Of a DNA stretch of 32,000 bases, positions 8,785 through 17,680 are shown one piece after another. The stretch is from Nostoc sp. GTDB lineage: Bacteria > Cyanobacteriota > Cyanobacteriia > Cyanobacteriales > Nostocaceae. The position numbers and the translations under genes were made by a program. Position 1 is the first letter of the stretch, and each line of letters opens with the position of its first letter. The DNA lies in assembly GCF_036917435.1 (NCBI RefSeq), contig NZ_JBALDM010000037.1, positions 69,175 to 101,174 of the forward strand, in the 5' to 3' direction. Under the pieces are notes generated by a model, which was not told the origin of the DNA, ran no database searches, and saw only the letters and a list, made by a program, of their open reading frames with translations.

Positions 8785-10352
8785 CACATCCCAGAACCAA
8801 TGTGAATGCGATCCTCAACTTCTGCAAATTTTTCCTGTGCTTGTTGTTCAGTAGTCAATAGTGAAACGACAATTGCCACAATAAATGCTAGGGGAATAGT
8901 AATTAGTCCCGGATTTTTTAGTGGGAAAGGTGCAGAAGCGTGCTTGAGAATCGTTACCTGAATAGTAGGTGATAAATAAATCAGCAGCAACGAAGAGAAA
9001 GTACCGACTAACATACTCGCAACCGCCCCGCTAGTGGTGAAGCGTCGCCAAAGCATTGATAGCAGCAATGCTGGGAAGTTGGCACTAGCTGCGATCGCAA
9101 ATGCTAAACCTACCATATAAGCGACGTTTTGTCCTTTAAACAAAATACCCAGAAATATCGCCACTAAACCCAAAACCATTGTCGCACCGCGAGCTACCTT
9201 CAGTTGTTCTGACTCGTCAGCATGACCAGATCGCACCACATTCACCCACAAATCATGAGACAATGCAGCCGCCCCTGAGAGTGTCAACCCCGCTACAACC
9301 GCCAAAATTGTCGCAAAGGAAACAGCAGAAATAAAGCCTAAGAAAGCATCACCACCGAGAAATTCTGCCAACATCGGTGCAGCCATGTTACCACCAGTCC
9401 CAATTTGCTTGATAGCATCTTGCCCTACTAGCGCCATCGCTCCAAAGCCCAGGATGAAGGTAAGGAGATAAAAAACGCCAATAATAGCTGTGGCGTAAGT
9501 AACAGAGACGCGTGCTGCTTTAGCGTCTGGTACTGTGTAGAAACGCATCAAGATGTGGGGTAATCCGGCAGTGCCAAACATTAACGACATCCCCAAGGAG
9601 ATGGCATCAAAGGGATCGGAAACCTGTTTCCCTGGAGCTAATACACCTGGATACTTGTCTGCGGCGGCGGCGAAAAGAGCGAGTGGGTTAAAACCAAATC
9701 TTGCCAGTACCAAGATAGCTAGCAAGATAGTTCCGCCCAGCAACAGAACTGCTTTAATAATTTGCACCCAAGTGGTGGCAATCATGCCGCCAAAAATCAC
9801 ATAGGCCATCATCACACAACCGACGATGACCACGGCTAATTCATAATCAAAGCCAAATAGTAGTTTAATTAGCTCCCCAGCCCCTACCATCTGGGCAATT
9901 AAGTAAAAGCTAATCACTGCCAGCGTTCCAATGGCAGATGCGATGCGAACAGGTTTTTGTTGTAAACGATAAGCCACTACATCGGCAAAGGTGTATTTGC
10001 CTAAGTTACGTAATGGTTCCGCAATCAAAAACATCACAATCGGCCAGCCCACCAGGAAGCCAATAGAATAAATTAAGCCATCAAAGCCGTTGAGTGCAAC
10101 CAGCCCAGTGATACCTAAAAAGCTAGCTGCACTCATAAAGTCTCCTGCTAGGGCTAGCCCATTTTGGAAACCACTGATATTACCGCCAGCCGTATAGAAG
10201 TGGGCAGTATTTTTGGTCAGCTTTGCCGCCCAAAAGGTAATACCTAGAGAACTGACAACAAACAGAAGAAAGAAAGCGATCGCTAACGGGTTAAACTTAC
10301 CAAGACTGGTAATATCCGCCGCTAGTGGCAGATCCAACCACACACTATTCAT
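8784..10352 (-). CDS. actP: Cation/acetate symporter ActP (SSS family)
   Basis: 522 aa with close motif-by-motif resemblance to E. coli ActP: [58 protein letters not shown]. It lies downstream of a DUF485 gene, as in yjcH-actP. Confidence 0.92.
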   Translation of the reverse strand: MNSVWLDLPLAADITSLGKFNPLAIAFFLLFVVSSLGITFWAAKLTKNTAHFYTAGGNISGFQNGLALAGDFMSAASFLGITGLVALNGFDGLIYSIGFLVGWPIVMFLIAEPLRNLGKYTFADVVAYRLQQKPVRIASAIGTLAVISFYLIAQMVGAGELIKLLFGFDYELAVVIVGCVMMAYVIFGGMIATTWVQIIKAVLLLGGTILLAILVLARFGFNPLALFAAAADKYPGVLAPGKQVSDPFDAISLGMSLMFGTAGLPHILMRFYTVPDAKAARVSVTYATAIIGVFYLLTFILGFGAMALVGQDAIKQIGTGGNMAAPMLAEFLGGDAFLGFISAVSFATILAVVAGLTLSGAAALSHDLWVNVVRSGHADESEQLKVARGATMVLGLVAIFLGILFKGQNVAYMVGLAFAIAASANFPALLLSMLWRRFTTSGAVASMLVGTFSSLLLIYLSPTIQVTILKHASAPFPLKNPGLITIPLAFIVAIVVSLLTTEQQAQEKFAEVEDRIHIGSGM

Positions 10353-10371
10353 GCTTTTTTGGTTTAGTATT

Positions 10372-10512
10372 TTGGATTTTGGACTAGAAATTGCTAATAG
10401 CTAATAGCTATTGGGCATTGGGCATTGGGCATTGGGCATTGGTAAAAAATAAATATTCTTTTTTCCCTACTCCCTCATCCACCTCATGCCCCATGCCCCA
10501 TGCCCCATGCTC
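10372..10512 (+). repeat. Heptamer arrays and CT-rich tail between DUF485 and actP
   Basis: ttttgga x2, gctaata x2, attgggc x about 4.7 (10409-10442), ccctactccctcatccacctcat (10465-10487), catgccc x about 3.7 (10486-10512). Confidence 0.9.
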
Positions 10513-10517
10513 AATTT

Positions 10518-10793
10518 TCACTTGCGTGTCAGCCTTGCAATTTGGTCGTCGTAACTGCTATTTGCCCAACGCACATAGATAAAAATTAATACCCATGCTG
10601 AGACAATTACCAGCGCCCCTAGTAAAATTCCCAGGCTGAGGCCAGGAACTACTAATGATCCCAATAGGGGCTTATTGAATGCGATTAGTAAGATAAAGCC
10701 AAAGTAAATCAACATCATGGCTCCACTGAGAATTAGGGATACCCGCCAACGTTCAGCCGCGAGAGCCTGAAGAGCCTTTGTGCGATCGTTCAT
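10518..10793 (-). CDS. DUF485 (YjcH-like) inner-membrane protein
   Basis: 91 aa with two TM helices. LIYFGFILLIAFNKPLLG resembles E. coli YjcH. Lies immediately upstream of actP on the same strand. Confidence 0.85.
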   Translation of the reverse strand: MNDRTKALQALAAERWRVSLILSGAMMLIYFGFILLIAFNKPLLGSLVVPGLSLGILLGALVIVSAWVLIFIYVRWANSSYDDQIARLTRK

Positions 10794-11316
10794 GTCTTCG
10801 TTTAGGTTGAGAAGATTAGGTCAGATTGTCTCATTGAAGTTGATTTTTGCATAACTTTCTTAAAGATTATTAGTAAATATATTGCTATTTCAGGTAATAA
10901 AATTAACCTTGCAAAGTGATGTAACAAAATAACAAAACAATAGCGCCTCTGTTTTGAGGCAGAGACACATAAAACTATAGATGCAGTTAGACACAAATAA
11001 AGCTGATCTATCTGTAATTCATGACTTCTAATCGTGTAGTCTATTACACCACTATATTTATTACAAAGCTCAGTACAAAATCTTTATATACTAAAAAATA
11101 CAATAGATACGTAGTTGCCACCAGGTTTTAAAATCCTTCAAGTGTTATGAAATATTTTTTTAAGCTATCAAATCAACTGAGATTAATAAAAATAGTAAAT
11201 TTTGATTCCTAAAATATACCAGAAATCACAGTAGTCGATTAAGTAAATATTCTAATAACATTTATACCAGGAGCTTGTTATTGCACAAATAGGGCATTAC
11301 CAAAATTTAGTAAAGT

Positions 11317-11925
11317 ATGTTTATAAAAACACTCATCACAGAGCCGATTCTTTTTTTCAGAATCGTTTTAATTGTCATATTTTCCATCACTTTGCATGAA
11401 CTTGCTCACGGCTGGGCTGCTATGAGTCAAGGAGATAATACTCCACAAAAAACTGGTCATCTTACGCTTAATCCTCTAGTTCACATGGGCAAAGAATCGA
11501 TTATTTTTCTGTGCCTCATGGGTATAGCTTGGGGACAAATGCCCGTAAACCCCTCTAATTTTCGCTCTCCCAAGCTAGGTAATATTTTGGTATCCGCAGC
11601 TGGGCCATTATCAAATCTGGCTTTAGGCATTCTATTTATTTTAGTGCTGAAATTTATCTCTAATCAGAGTCTTACAGGATTTTTCAGTGAGGAATTTATT
11701 TACTTAGCGGCTCGGATAAATTTGACCTTATTTCTGTTTAATCTGCTGCCAATTCCACCACTAGATGGCTTTCATGTTTTCAGTGAGATTTTTCCTCGGC
11801 TAAAGCCACTGCAATATACTCAATTCGGAATTTTTGCAATGATGTTTCTATTTATAATTCCAGAATTTGGGACGGGACTTAGTGATATGACTGATTTAGT
11901 TATCCAGTCGGTGCTTGGGGGATAA
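11317..11925 (+). CDS. Site-2 protease family (peptidase M50) membrane metalloprotease
   Basis: HELAHG zinc motif in TM1. NLLPIPPLDG second motif. Polytopic. Confidence 0.85.
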   Translation: MFIKTLITEPILFFRIVLIVIFSITLHELAHGWAAMSQGDNTPQKTGHLTLNPLVHMGKESIIFLCLMGIAWGQMPVNPSNFRSPKLGNILVSAAGPLSNLALGILFILVLKFISNQSLTGFFSEEFIYLAARINLTLFLFNLLPIPPLDGFHVFSEIFPRLKPLQYTQFGIFAMMFLFIIPEFGTGLSDMTDLVIQSVLGG

Positions 11926-12000
11926 TCAGCAGCTTCTTTAAGTAAAAATAGATTATTTATTCATATAGTAATTTTATTTTTTTGGGATAATTTAAACCGA

Positions 12001-12040
12001 AACAACCCCGATTTTTTAGTCCATCGGGGTTGTTTTTGTT
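12001..12040. terminator. Hairpin terminator between convergent genes
   Basis: aacaaccccgat (12001-12012) / atcggggttgtt (12023-12034), a perfect 12-bp stem, followed by tttgttt. Confidence 0.7.
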
Positions 12041-13446
12041 TATGAAAGATTTAGGATAGGCACATTTTTACTGTAATATTCAGTTTTGGCATAGATGCTG
12101 ATTATACTATCACCAACTGCAAAAAAACTGCCATCTTGCTCATTTTTAGAAAATTGCAAATTTGGGTATTTAACAGTAGCTTCTTCAGCAGTCATAGGTT
12201 TTGCTTCTATTTGCTCTGGCAATAGTCCTGTACAACCAATGTAAAATACCAAAGGAGAAATTTTATCTTGGTAGATATTTTCTACATATTTCTCTAGCTT
12301 GTTATTCGCTGCCGTCAAAGCTGCGATCGTTTCCTCTTTGCTGATTTGCTTACCAGTTTGTTTATCCTGAAATAACTTCGCCAAACTATCAGCACCAACT
12401 TTCTTAAGAATACCTAAAACTATGCCATTTTGTTCAAGCCCAAGAAAATCATCAAAAATTGGTTTCATTAACTCGTCAACTTTCGTAATCTTGGTACGTG
12501 ATGAAAGTAACCTGTGCCTAACAGCAATATTATCATTAAACATCATCTCAAAACTCGGATTAATAATAATTTCTCCAGTTTCCCGATCGTAAAGACGATA
12601 CATTCTATTCAGAAATTTGTTTGCCGAGGGGAACTTACTCAGGTTTAGAATATCTTGAGTGCCGATATCAATTTTATAGCTCAATCTTGAGTCAAGAGTA
12701 CCATTAAACAGAGCTTCATGGATATTTGCATATTCATTAGTTGTAGGGAAATTGATGTAAATATTCTTGGAGAGATAGTGATTTTTAAACTCATCTAACT
12801 GTGGTGCTATAAATACATCTGATTCCTTTTTTAAGTGAGCAGAAATAATACTAGTAAGCACTTTAATTTCTGCAAGTTGATGGAATACTCCATCAATACT
12901 ACTGTAACGACTATCAGAAGCTACAAGCGGTAAGTTATCTAGATGGATAGAATATTCAGTATGGAAGTCAAATTTTTCTGCATCTAAAACACCCTTTTCT
13001 TTGAGCAAATCAAAAGCTTTTTTACTACTAATTTTGACTTGTAAGGACTTTATGTTGATTTTACCATCACTTACAATTGTGTAGTTATTAAAACTATTGA
13101 GATTATTTACCAGTAAACCTGCTACTTCAAGAGTGGGGGTTTGATCTTCAGATTTGGCAAGTCTGACTTTCCGTTTGATAAGCATATTGATAGTAGCAGT
13201 ATTTCGGTTAAACTGAAACTCTCCCATACCAACATACTCAGCATTATCTATATATTCTGTTTGCAGCCAAGGTTGAAGCAGTTCTCCATTTTCGTTTCTC
13301 ACACCTTTAACCCGTTTGATGCTTGTTCTTTGATAATGTTCTTGTAGATGTTTGATGTTGACGATAATATTGTTACGATATTCTGCAAAAATCCTGATGA
13401 GTTCTAGCAGACAAATTTGATTATTTGTCATATTGTCACCTTCCAT
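12040..13446 (-). CDS. Hypothetical protein, no motif recognised (AT-rich orphan)
   Basis: 468-codon uninterrupted ORF. My counts on two 60-nt stretches gave 33-35% G+C, against 48% in one stretch of the neighbouring mprF-like gene. No GCGATCGC in 1.4 kb. Confidence 0.6.
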   Translation of the reverse strand: MEGDNMTNNQICLLELIRIFAEYRNNIIVNIKHLQEHYQRTSIKRVKGVRNENGELLQPWLQTEYIDNAEYVGMGEFQFNRNTATINMLIKRKVRLAKSEDQTPTLEVAGLLVNNLNSFNNYTIVSDGKINIKSLQVKISSKKAFDLLKEKGVLDAEKFDFHTEYSIHLDNLPLVASDSRYSSIDGVFHQLAEIKVLTSIISAHLKKESDVFIAPQLDEFKNHYLSKNIYINFPTTNEYANIHEALFNGTLDSRLSYKIDIGTQDILNLSKFPSANKFLNRMYRLYDRETGEIIINPSFEMMFNDNIAVRHRLLSSRTKITKVDELMKPIFDDFLGLEQNGIVLGILKKVGADSLAKLFQDKQTGKQISKEETIAALTAANNKLEKYVENIYQDKISPLVFYIGCTGLLPEQIEAKPMTAEEATVKYPNLQFSKNEQDGSFFAVGDSIISIYAKTEYYSKNVPILNLS

Positions 13447-13568
13447 CTAAAGGTAAATAATCACACAGTAAATTCATGCCAAATATATGCTAAGACAAAG
13501 GATAGAATACCCTTCTTAAAGGTAAGGCAAACTTCCGTCTAGTGGTATGTCAAACCCATTTTGACACT

Positions 13569-13599
13569 TGGAGAGACGCGATAAATCGCCGTCTCTACA
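13569..13599. repeat. Palindromic small dispersed repeat (copy 3, intergenic)
   Basis: tggAGAGACGCGATaaATCGCcGTCTCTACA. Same family as the two smc copies. Confidence 0.75.
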
Positions 13600-13808
13600 G
13601 AAGATTTATTCGTCAATTATTTCTTGATAGACTACTAGCTACTATGAAGGTTTACTTATTACAAACTTTGGGCATTTCCTGCCAAACTTAGCATTACATA
13701 CTCACCGGATATTCATTGCTTTATGGTACAATTATACTATAAAATGTTGATTTGTGTCATATTGCCCTGGAATGAGGTGTTATGGCGTTAGCACCAAAAT
13801 AGATGCTT

Positions 13809-15479
13809 TTACGCTCCAGGTTTGAAATAATCAAAAAGGCGATCGCCTGAATCTGCGCGAATCAATGCTACAACTACATCTGGTAAGGCAGCTAAACTGG
13901 GGTAAACTAAATAACGCGGTTCCCAGCCGGGGCGGAATTTGTCTTTGTAGGCGTGTAGTCCCTTGAAGTTGTAGAAGCGATTCAAATGCTCGTAAAGATA
14001 GTGCAATACTCTCTCTAAGCGGCGTGATTCTGGGTTATCTCCAACTCCCGCCAGGGCGGAAAGACCGAAATTAAAGCTGTCGTAACCACACTCTTTAAAA
14101 TGCTGAAGTAGGGAAATAAATAGAAAGTCCATCGTTCCATTCTCAAGAGATGAGCAATGTCGCATCATGTCAATAGTTGCTTCGTTGAGTTGGTACTCGC
14201 GGAGAATGTTGGCAAAAGCGCTGATATTACCTTCAGGATTATGCACCACAGCAATCTCACACTCTCGTAAGTAAGCTTCGTCAAACCAACCTAAAGAAAA
14301 TTGTTTTTCCGAACCTTGTACCATCTTTAGCCATTCATCACTCACAGGTTTGAGGAGGTGCAATAAATCATTGGCGATGGGCGGTTGGTAAAATTCGATT
14401 TGATATCCCAGTTTAGTTAAACGATTGATTGATGGTCTAAAGTTTTTACCTGCCTTACCTTGTAATGTAAAACTTTTTAGATCAACGATCGCTTCTTCTC
14501 CAATTTTGAGTACCTTAAATCCCAATGACTTGTAAAGCTCAACATCATCGGGCAAAGTTTGGTAAAAGCCTGGATACCAGTCATTGCGCTGGCAAAACTG
14601 CTGGAAAGCAACAATTGTCTCTTTGCGTTCTTCAATAGGGCCGATGGGATCTCCTAATGCGATCGCGCCCCTTCCCTTGGGAACATAAGCTATTACACTA
14701 TTACCAGTAGGACTAAAATAATAACTCTTATCATTTAAGAGTGCGATCGCTGCTAAAGAAGAACGTCCATATTGCTCGACAATATCTTTAGCTCTTTTTC
14801 GCTCATTTGATGTTGCTAAATTACGCCAAAACACAGGTTGCAATAACATTACTATTGCATACGTAATAGTAACTGCGGCAATAATATAGATAGAATTAGC
14901 AAAAAATTCTCCAAATCGGCTCTTTGGTTGTAGTCCCCAATTATCCTCAGTGAAGAACATCGCTAAAGTCTGAAGTACAGATTCACGCAAATTAAAATTT
15001 TCTGAAAATTTGTTGTCTAATAAGTAAAATCCAATAGTTCCGTATGCTAGGGTAAATAGCAAAGCACTGACCAGCACTCTAACTCCCCGTGCGATCGAAG
15101 GACGGTCTGATTGCGCGGTGAAAGAATGGCGCATCAAAATCAATTGCATCAGCAAAACTCCAGAGAGGAGACTTTCTTCATAGTCCAATCCCTTAAGTAA
15201 ATGGCTGAGAATAGAAATTACTAGTAAAGCAACGGTCAGTAACCAAGCTATTCTTTTTCGGCGTAATAAGTTAGTAGCAAGTGTGAGTAGAATAAACCCC
15301 GTCAGTGCTGCAAATACATGACCAGTGGCACGAATTTCAAATGGTAAAAATTCTTTCAACCAGTGATTCCGCCCATAGAGGTTAGGTGTCACTGCTGACA
15401 ACAAATTTACTATTCCCACTAAACCTGTAAGGAAGGCTGCACTCCAAAGTCCAATCTTAGTTTTTAAATTATTAGTCAT
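13809..15479 (-). CDS. MprF-like aminoacyl-phosphatidylglycerol synthase (TM region + LPG_synthase_C/DUF2156 domain, no flippase half)
   Basis: 556 aa. About 6 N-terminal TM helices. The C-terminal domain aligns by eye to S. aureus MprF: YGRSSLAAIALLNDKSYYF, ALGDPIG, LKIGEEAIVDL, WEPRYLVYP. Confidence 0.85.
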   Translation of the reverse strand: MTNNLKTKIGLWSAAFLTGLVGIVNLLSAVTPNLYGRNHWLKEFLPFEIRATGHVFAALTGFILLTLATNLLRRKRIAWLLTVALLVISILSHLLKGLDYEESLLSGVLLMQLILMRHSFTAQSDRPSIARGVRVLVSALLFTLAYGTIGFYLLDNKFSENFNLRESVLQTLAMFFTEDNWGLQPKSRFGEFFANSIYIIAAVTITYAIVMLLQPVFWRNLATSNERKRAKDIVEQYGRSSLAAIALLNDKSYYFSPTGNSVIAYVPKGRGAIALGDPIGPIEERKETIVAFQQFCQRNDWYPGFYQTLPDDVELYKSLGFKVLKIGEEAIVDLKSFTLQGKAGKNFRPSINRLTKLGYQIEFYQPPIANDLLHLLKPVSDEWLKMVQGSEKQFSLGWFDEAYLRECEIAVVHNPEGNISAFANILREYQLNEATIDMMRHCSSLENGTMDFLFISLLQHFKECGYDSFNFGLSALAGVGDNPESRRLERVLHYLYEHLNRFYNFKGLHAYKDKFRPGWEPRYLVYPSLAALPDVVVALIRADSGDRLFDYFKPGA

Positions 15480-15498
15480 TAGTCATTAGTCATTGGTT
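15471..15498. repeat. Heptamer array (ATTAGTC x3 + ATTGGTT) covering the mprF-like start codon
   Basis: On the minus strand this gives ATGACTA ATGACTA ATGACTAATAAT. The last ATG is the annotated start. Confidence 0.85.
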
Positions 15499-15510
15499 TT
15501 GGTGTTAAAA

Positions 15511-15533
15511 CAGACGCGATTAATCGTGTCTAC
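15511..15533. repeat. Palindromic small dispersed repeat (copy 4, shorter arms)
   Basis: cAGACGCGATtaATCGtGTCTac. Supplies the last four codons and the stop (SRHD*) of the esterase gene 15520..16428. Confidence 0.65.
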
Positions 15534-16428
15534 TAACTTTTTTAAATTGTTCACCTACATAGAAGAGGGAATCTTTAAGATGCTTGTGGAAGTAATTCCA
15601 GCCTATATTAGCACCAGACAAACCATGACCTCCTGGAAATGCATAAAATACGTGAGCAATGCCTAATTGATTTAAGGTTACGCTGAAGGCTTTGGTAGAA
15701 GCCAACAAATTAGTATCGTTCAAACCTGCATCTAAGTAAACACGCAATTGCTTTCTATCTTCAATTGGTAGCTGTTGCACAATTTGTTGGGGACTATTTT
15801 GTGAACCGCTATTATCAGTAAAATAACCGCTATGGCTAAACAGAATATGGAAAGTGTTGAGATGGCGTAATCCTATATTAAAAGCTCCCCATCCCCCAGA
15901 AGACAAACCTCCCAGCGCCCAAGACTGGGGTTCTTTTAAGGTGCGGTAGCGCGACTTGACAACTTGCACTAATTCTGAACCAATTAAAGTTCCTATTTTG
16001 CCATTCGGGCCATCATAATAATCGGGGTCGTATAAAGGACTCGAACCGCGATTATCATTACCATCAGGTGTAATCACAATTGATGGCGGTAATTTTCCAT
16101 TTTGATAAAGTTCATGCAGTATATCTAAAATTGCATACTTGTCAGCATAAGCACGGGCATCATCATGACCACCATGTAGCAAGAATATCACAGGGTAACG
16201 CTTTTGCTGATTTTTGTTATAGTTAGGCGGCAAAATCACGCCGTAGTTGCGGACTGCACCCATCGCTTGAGAGTTGAAGGTTGCTAATTGAAGTTTTAGC
16301 CCGGTATTTGCCTCTTCTTGGGGTGGGTCTAGTTGTGGCGCACCTAAGATAAATACATAATAATAACCAACAGTAGTCAGGAGTGCGATCGCTCCTAGCA
16401 AACTAATTAATAATTTAGAAATCTTCAT
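15520..16428 (-). CDS. Membrane-anchored alpha/beta hydrolase, 'putative esterase' family (paralogue 1)
   Basis: 302 aa. N-terminal TM anchor. YPVIFLLHGGHDD. Nucleophile elbow GGLSSGGWGA (GxSxG). C-terminal FPGGHG. Confidence 0.8.
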   Translation of the reverse strand: MKISKLLISLLGAIALLTTVGYYYVFILGAPQLDPPQEEANTGLKLQLATFNSQAMGAVRNYGVILPPNYNKNQQKRYPVIFLLHGGHDDARAYADKYAILDILHELYQNGKLPPSIVITPDGNDNRGSSPLYDPDYYDGPNGKIGTLIGSELVQVVKSRYRTLKEPQSWALGGLSSGGWGAFNIGLRHLNTFHILFSHSGYFTDNSGSQNSPQQIVQQLPIEDRKQLRVYLDAGLNDTNLLASTKAFSVTLNQLGIAHVFYAFPGGHGLSGANIGWNYFHKHLKDSLFYVGEQFKKVSRHD

Positions 16429-16565
16429 ATTTATTTAACATTGAAAAAAACACCTTCATTAGAACTTACTATAGTTAACCTGCTGACAAATGGCAGCATA
16501 GTTTTCTAAATTGATGTTTAAATATCAATATTTTTCTCAAATAAAATTATTTATCCTGGAAATTG

Positions 16566-17543
16566 CTAATTATTTGGAGTCCTTTTCTTTTGATTAACAC
16601 CTAAATTACCAGTCATGTTTGCTATTTGAGCAGATTTAAACTGTTCCCCCACAAATGTCAAAGAATCGGCTAAATGTTCCCGCCAGTATTGCCAAGTGTG
16701 ACTCCCAGGAAACTGACGAAGCAAATTATAAACTTTTAGTTCGCTTAGTACGTTAGAAAAGTTTTTGGCTTCGTTGATTTCTTCAATATCTGCTGTACCT
16801 GAATCTAGGTAAATTCGCAATCTTTTTGTAGCTGATGTGGGAATGTTTTTAATATAAACTATTGGGCTATTTGTAGGGCCGCTTTTATCTTGAAAATAAC
16901 CACTATGACTAAATAAAATTGAGAAGTGTTTCAGGTTGTGTAACCCCACATTCATTGCACCCCAACCACCAGAAGATAAACCACCTATTGCCCAAAAATC
17001 AGGATTATTTATTGTCCGATAACGATTTTGCACAACTTTTACTAACTCATCACCTACGGCTGTGGAGACTTTCCCGTTAGGGCCATCGATATATTCGGGA
17101 TCTCGGTAGCGACTAGAGCCGCGTTTGTCGTAGCCATCTGGTGTAATAATGATGCTGGGTGGCAACTTACCTGTAGCATAAAGTTGTTCCACTGTTTTGA
17201 GAGCTTCTCCCTTTTTTTGAATAAACCAATCACTGGGATAACCATGTCCGCCGTGAAGGAGAAAGATTACAGGATACTTTTGTTTTGGGTTTTGTTCATA
17301 GCCAGGGGGTAAAGAAACGCCGTAAGTGCGATTTGCACCCATTAATTGACTATCGTAGGTTTCAATTTTATAAGTTAATAAAGTTGCTGAATCGCCAGTA
17401 TTAGACCGATTTGGAAGAATGGAAGGTGTTGTAGGTAAATCTTGCTGTTGCGGTGGTTTTGCTACGACATTTTCAGATAAATTACAGGCAACTAGGGTTA
17501 AGACTGAAACTAGCAAAAGAATTTTTGATTGTTTATAGTTCAT
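16566..17543 (-). CDS. Membrane-anchored/secreted alpha/beta hydrolase, 'putative esterase' family (paralogue 2)
   Basis: 325 aa. Signal/lipobox-like LTLVAC. YPVIFLLHGGHGY, GGLSSGGWGA, FPGSHTW. Colinear with paralogue 1. Confidence 0.8.
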   Translation of the reverse strand: MNYKQSKILLLVSVLTLVACNLSENVVAKPPQQQDLPTTPSILPNRSNTGDSATLLTYKIETYDSQLMGANRTYGVSLPPGYEQNPKQKYPVIFLLHGGHGYPSDWFIQKKGEALKTVEQLYATGKLPPSIIITPDGYDKRGSSRYRDPEYIDGPNGKVSTAVGDELVKVVQNRYRTINNPDFWAIGGLSSGGWGAMNVGLHNLKHFSILFSHSGYFQDKSGPTNSPIVYIKNIPTSATKRLRIYLDSGTADIEEINEAKNFSNVLSELKVYNLLRQFPGSHTWQYWREHLADSLTFVGEQFKSAQIANMTGNLGVNQKKRTPNN

Positions 17544-17680
17544 CTTTGAAGGGCATTAGACAATCTGTGATCATAAACATTAACTTTACGCAAGTAATTT
17601 GTCAATGTTGTGTCAACAGGATGGAAACTTTGCGACTTGTTGTAAGTTAAAAGTTAAGAGTTAGGATAAGTTTCTTTAGG

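Noticed and set aside
8627-8827. ORFs translating heptamer arrays: 8627..8827, 10391..10582, 30916..31125, 31025..31207, 31029..31238, 31034..31303. They give peptides such as [14 protein letters not shown] and [11 protein letters not shown].
   Set aside because: They are artefacts of 7-nt tandem repeats, which stay open in several frames on both strands. They lie between or overlap well-supported genes and have no independent coding signal.
10802-10996. 64-aa minus-strand ORF upstream of the DUF485 gene.
   Set aside because: It lies in AT-rich promoter-like DNA with an odd composition (CVSASKQRRYCFVILLHH). It is more likely the 5' untranslated or promoter region of the DUF485-actP unit.
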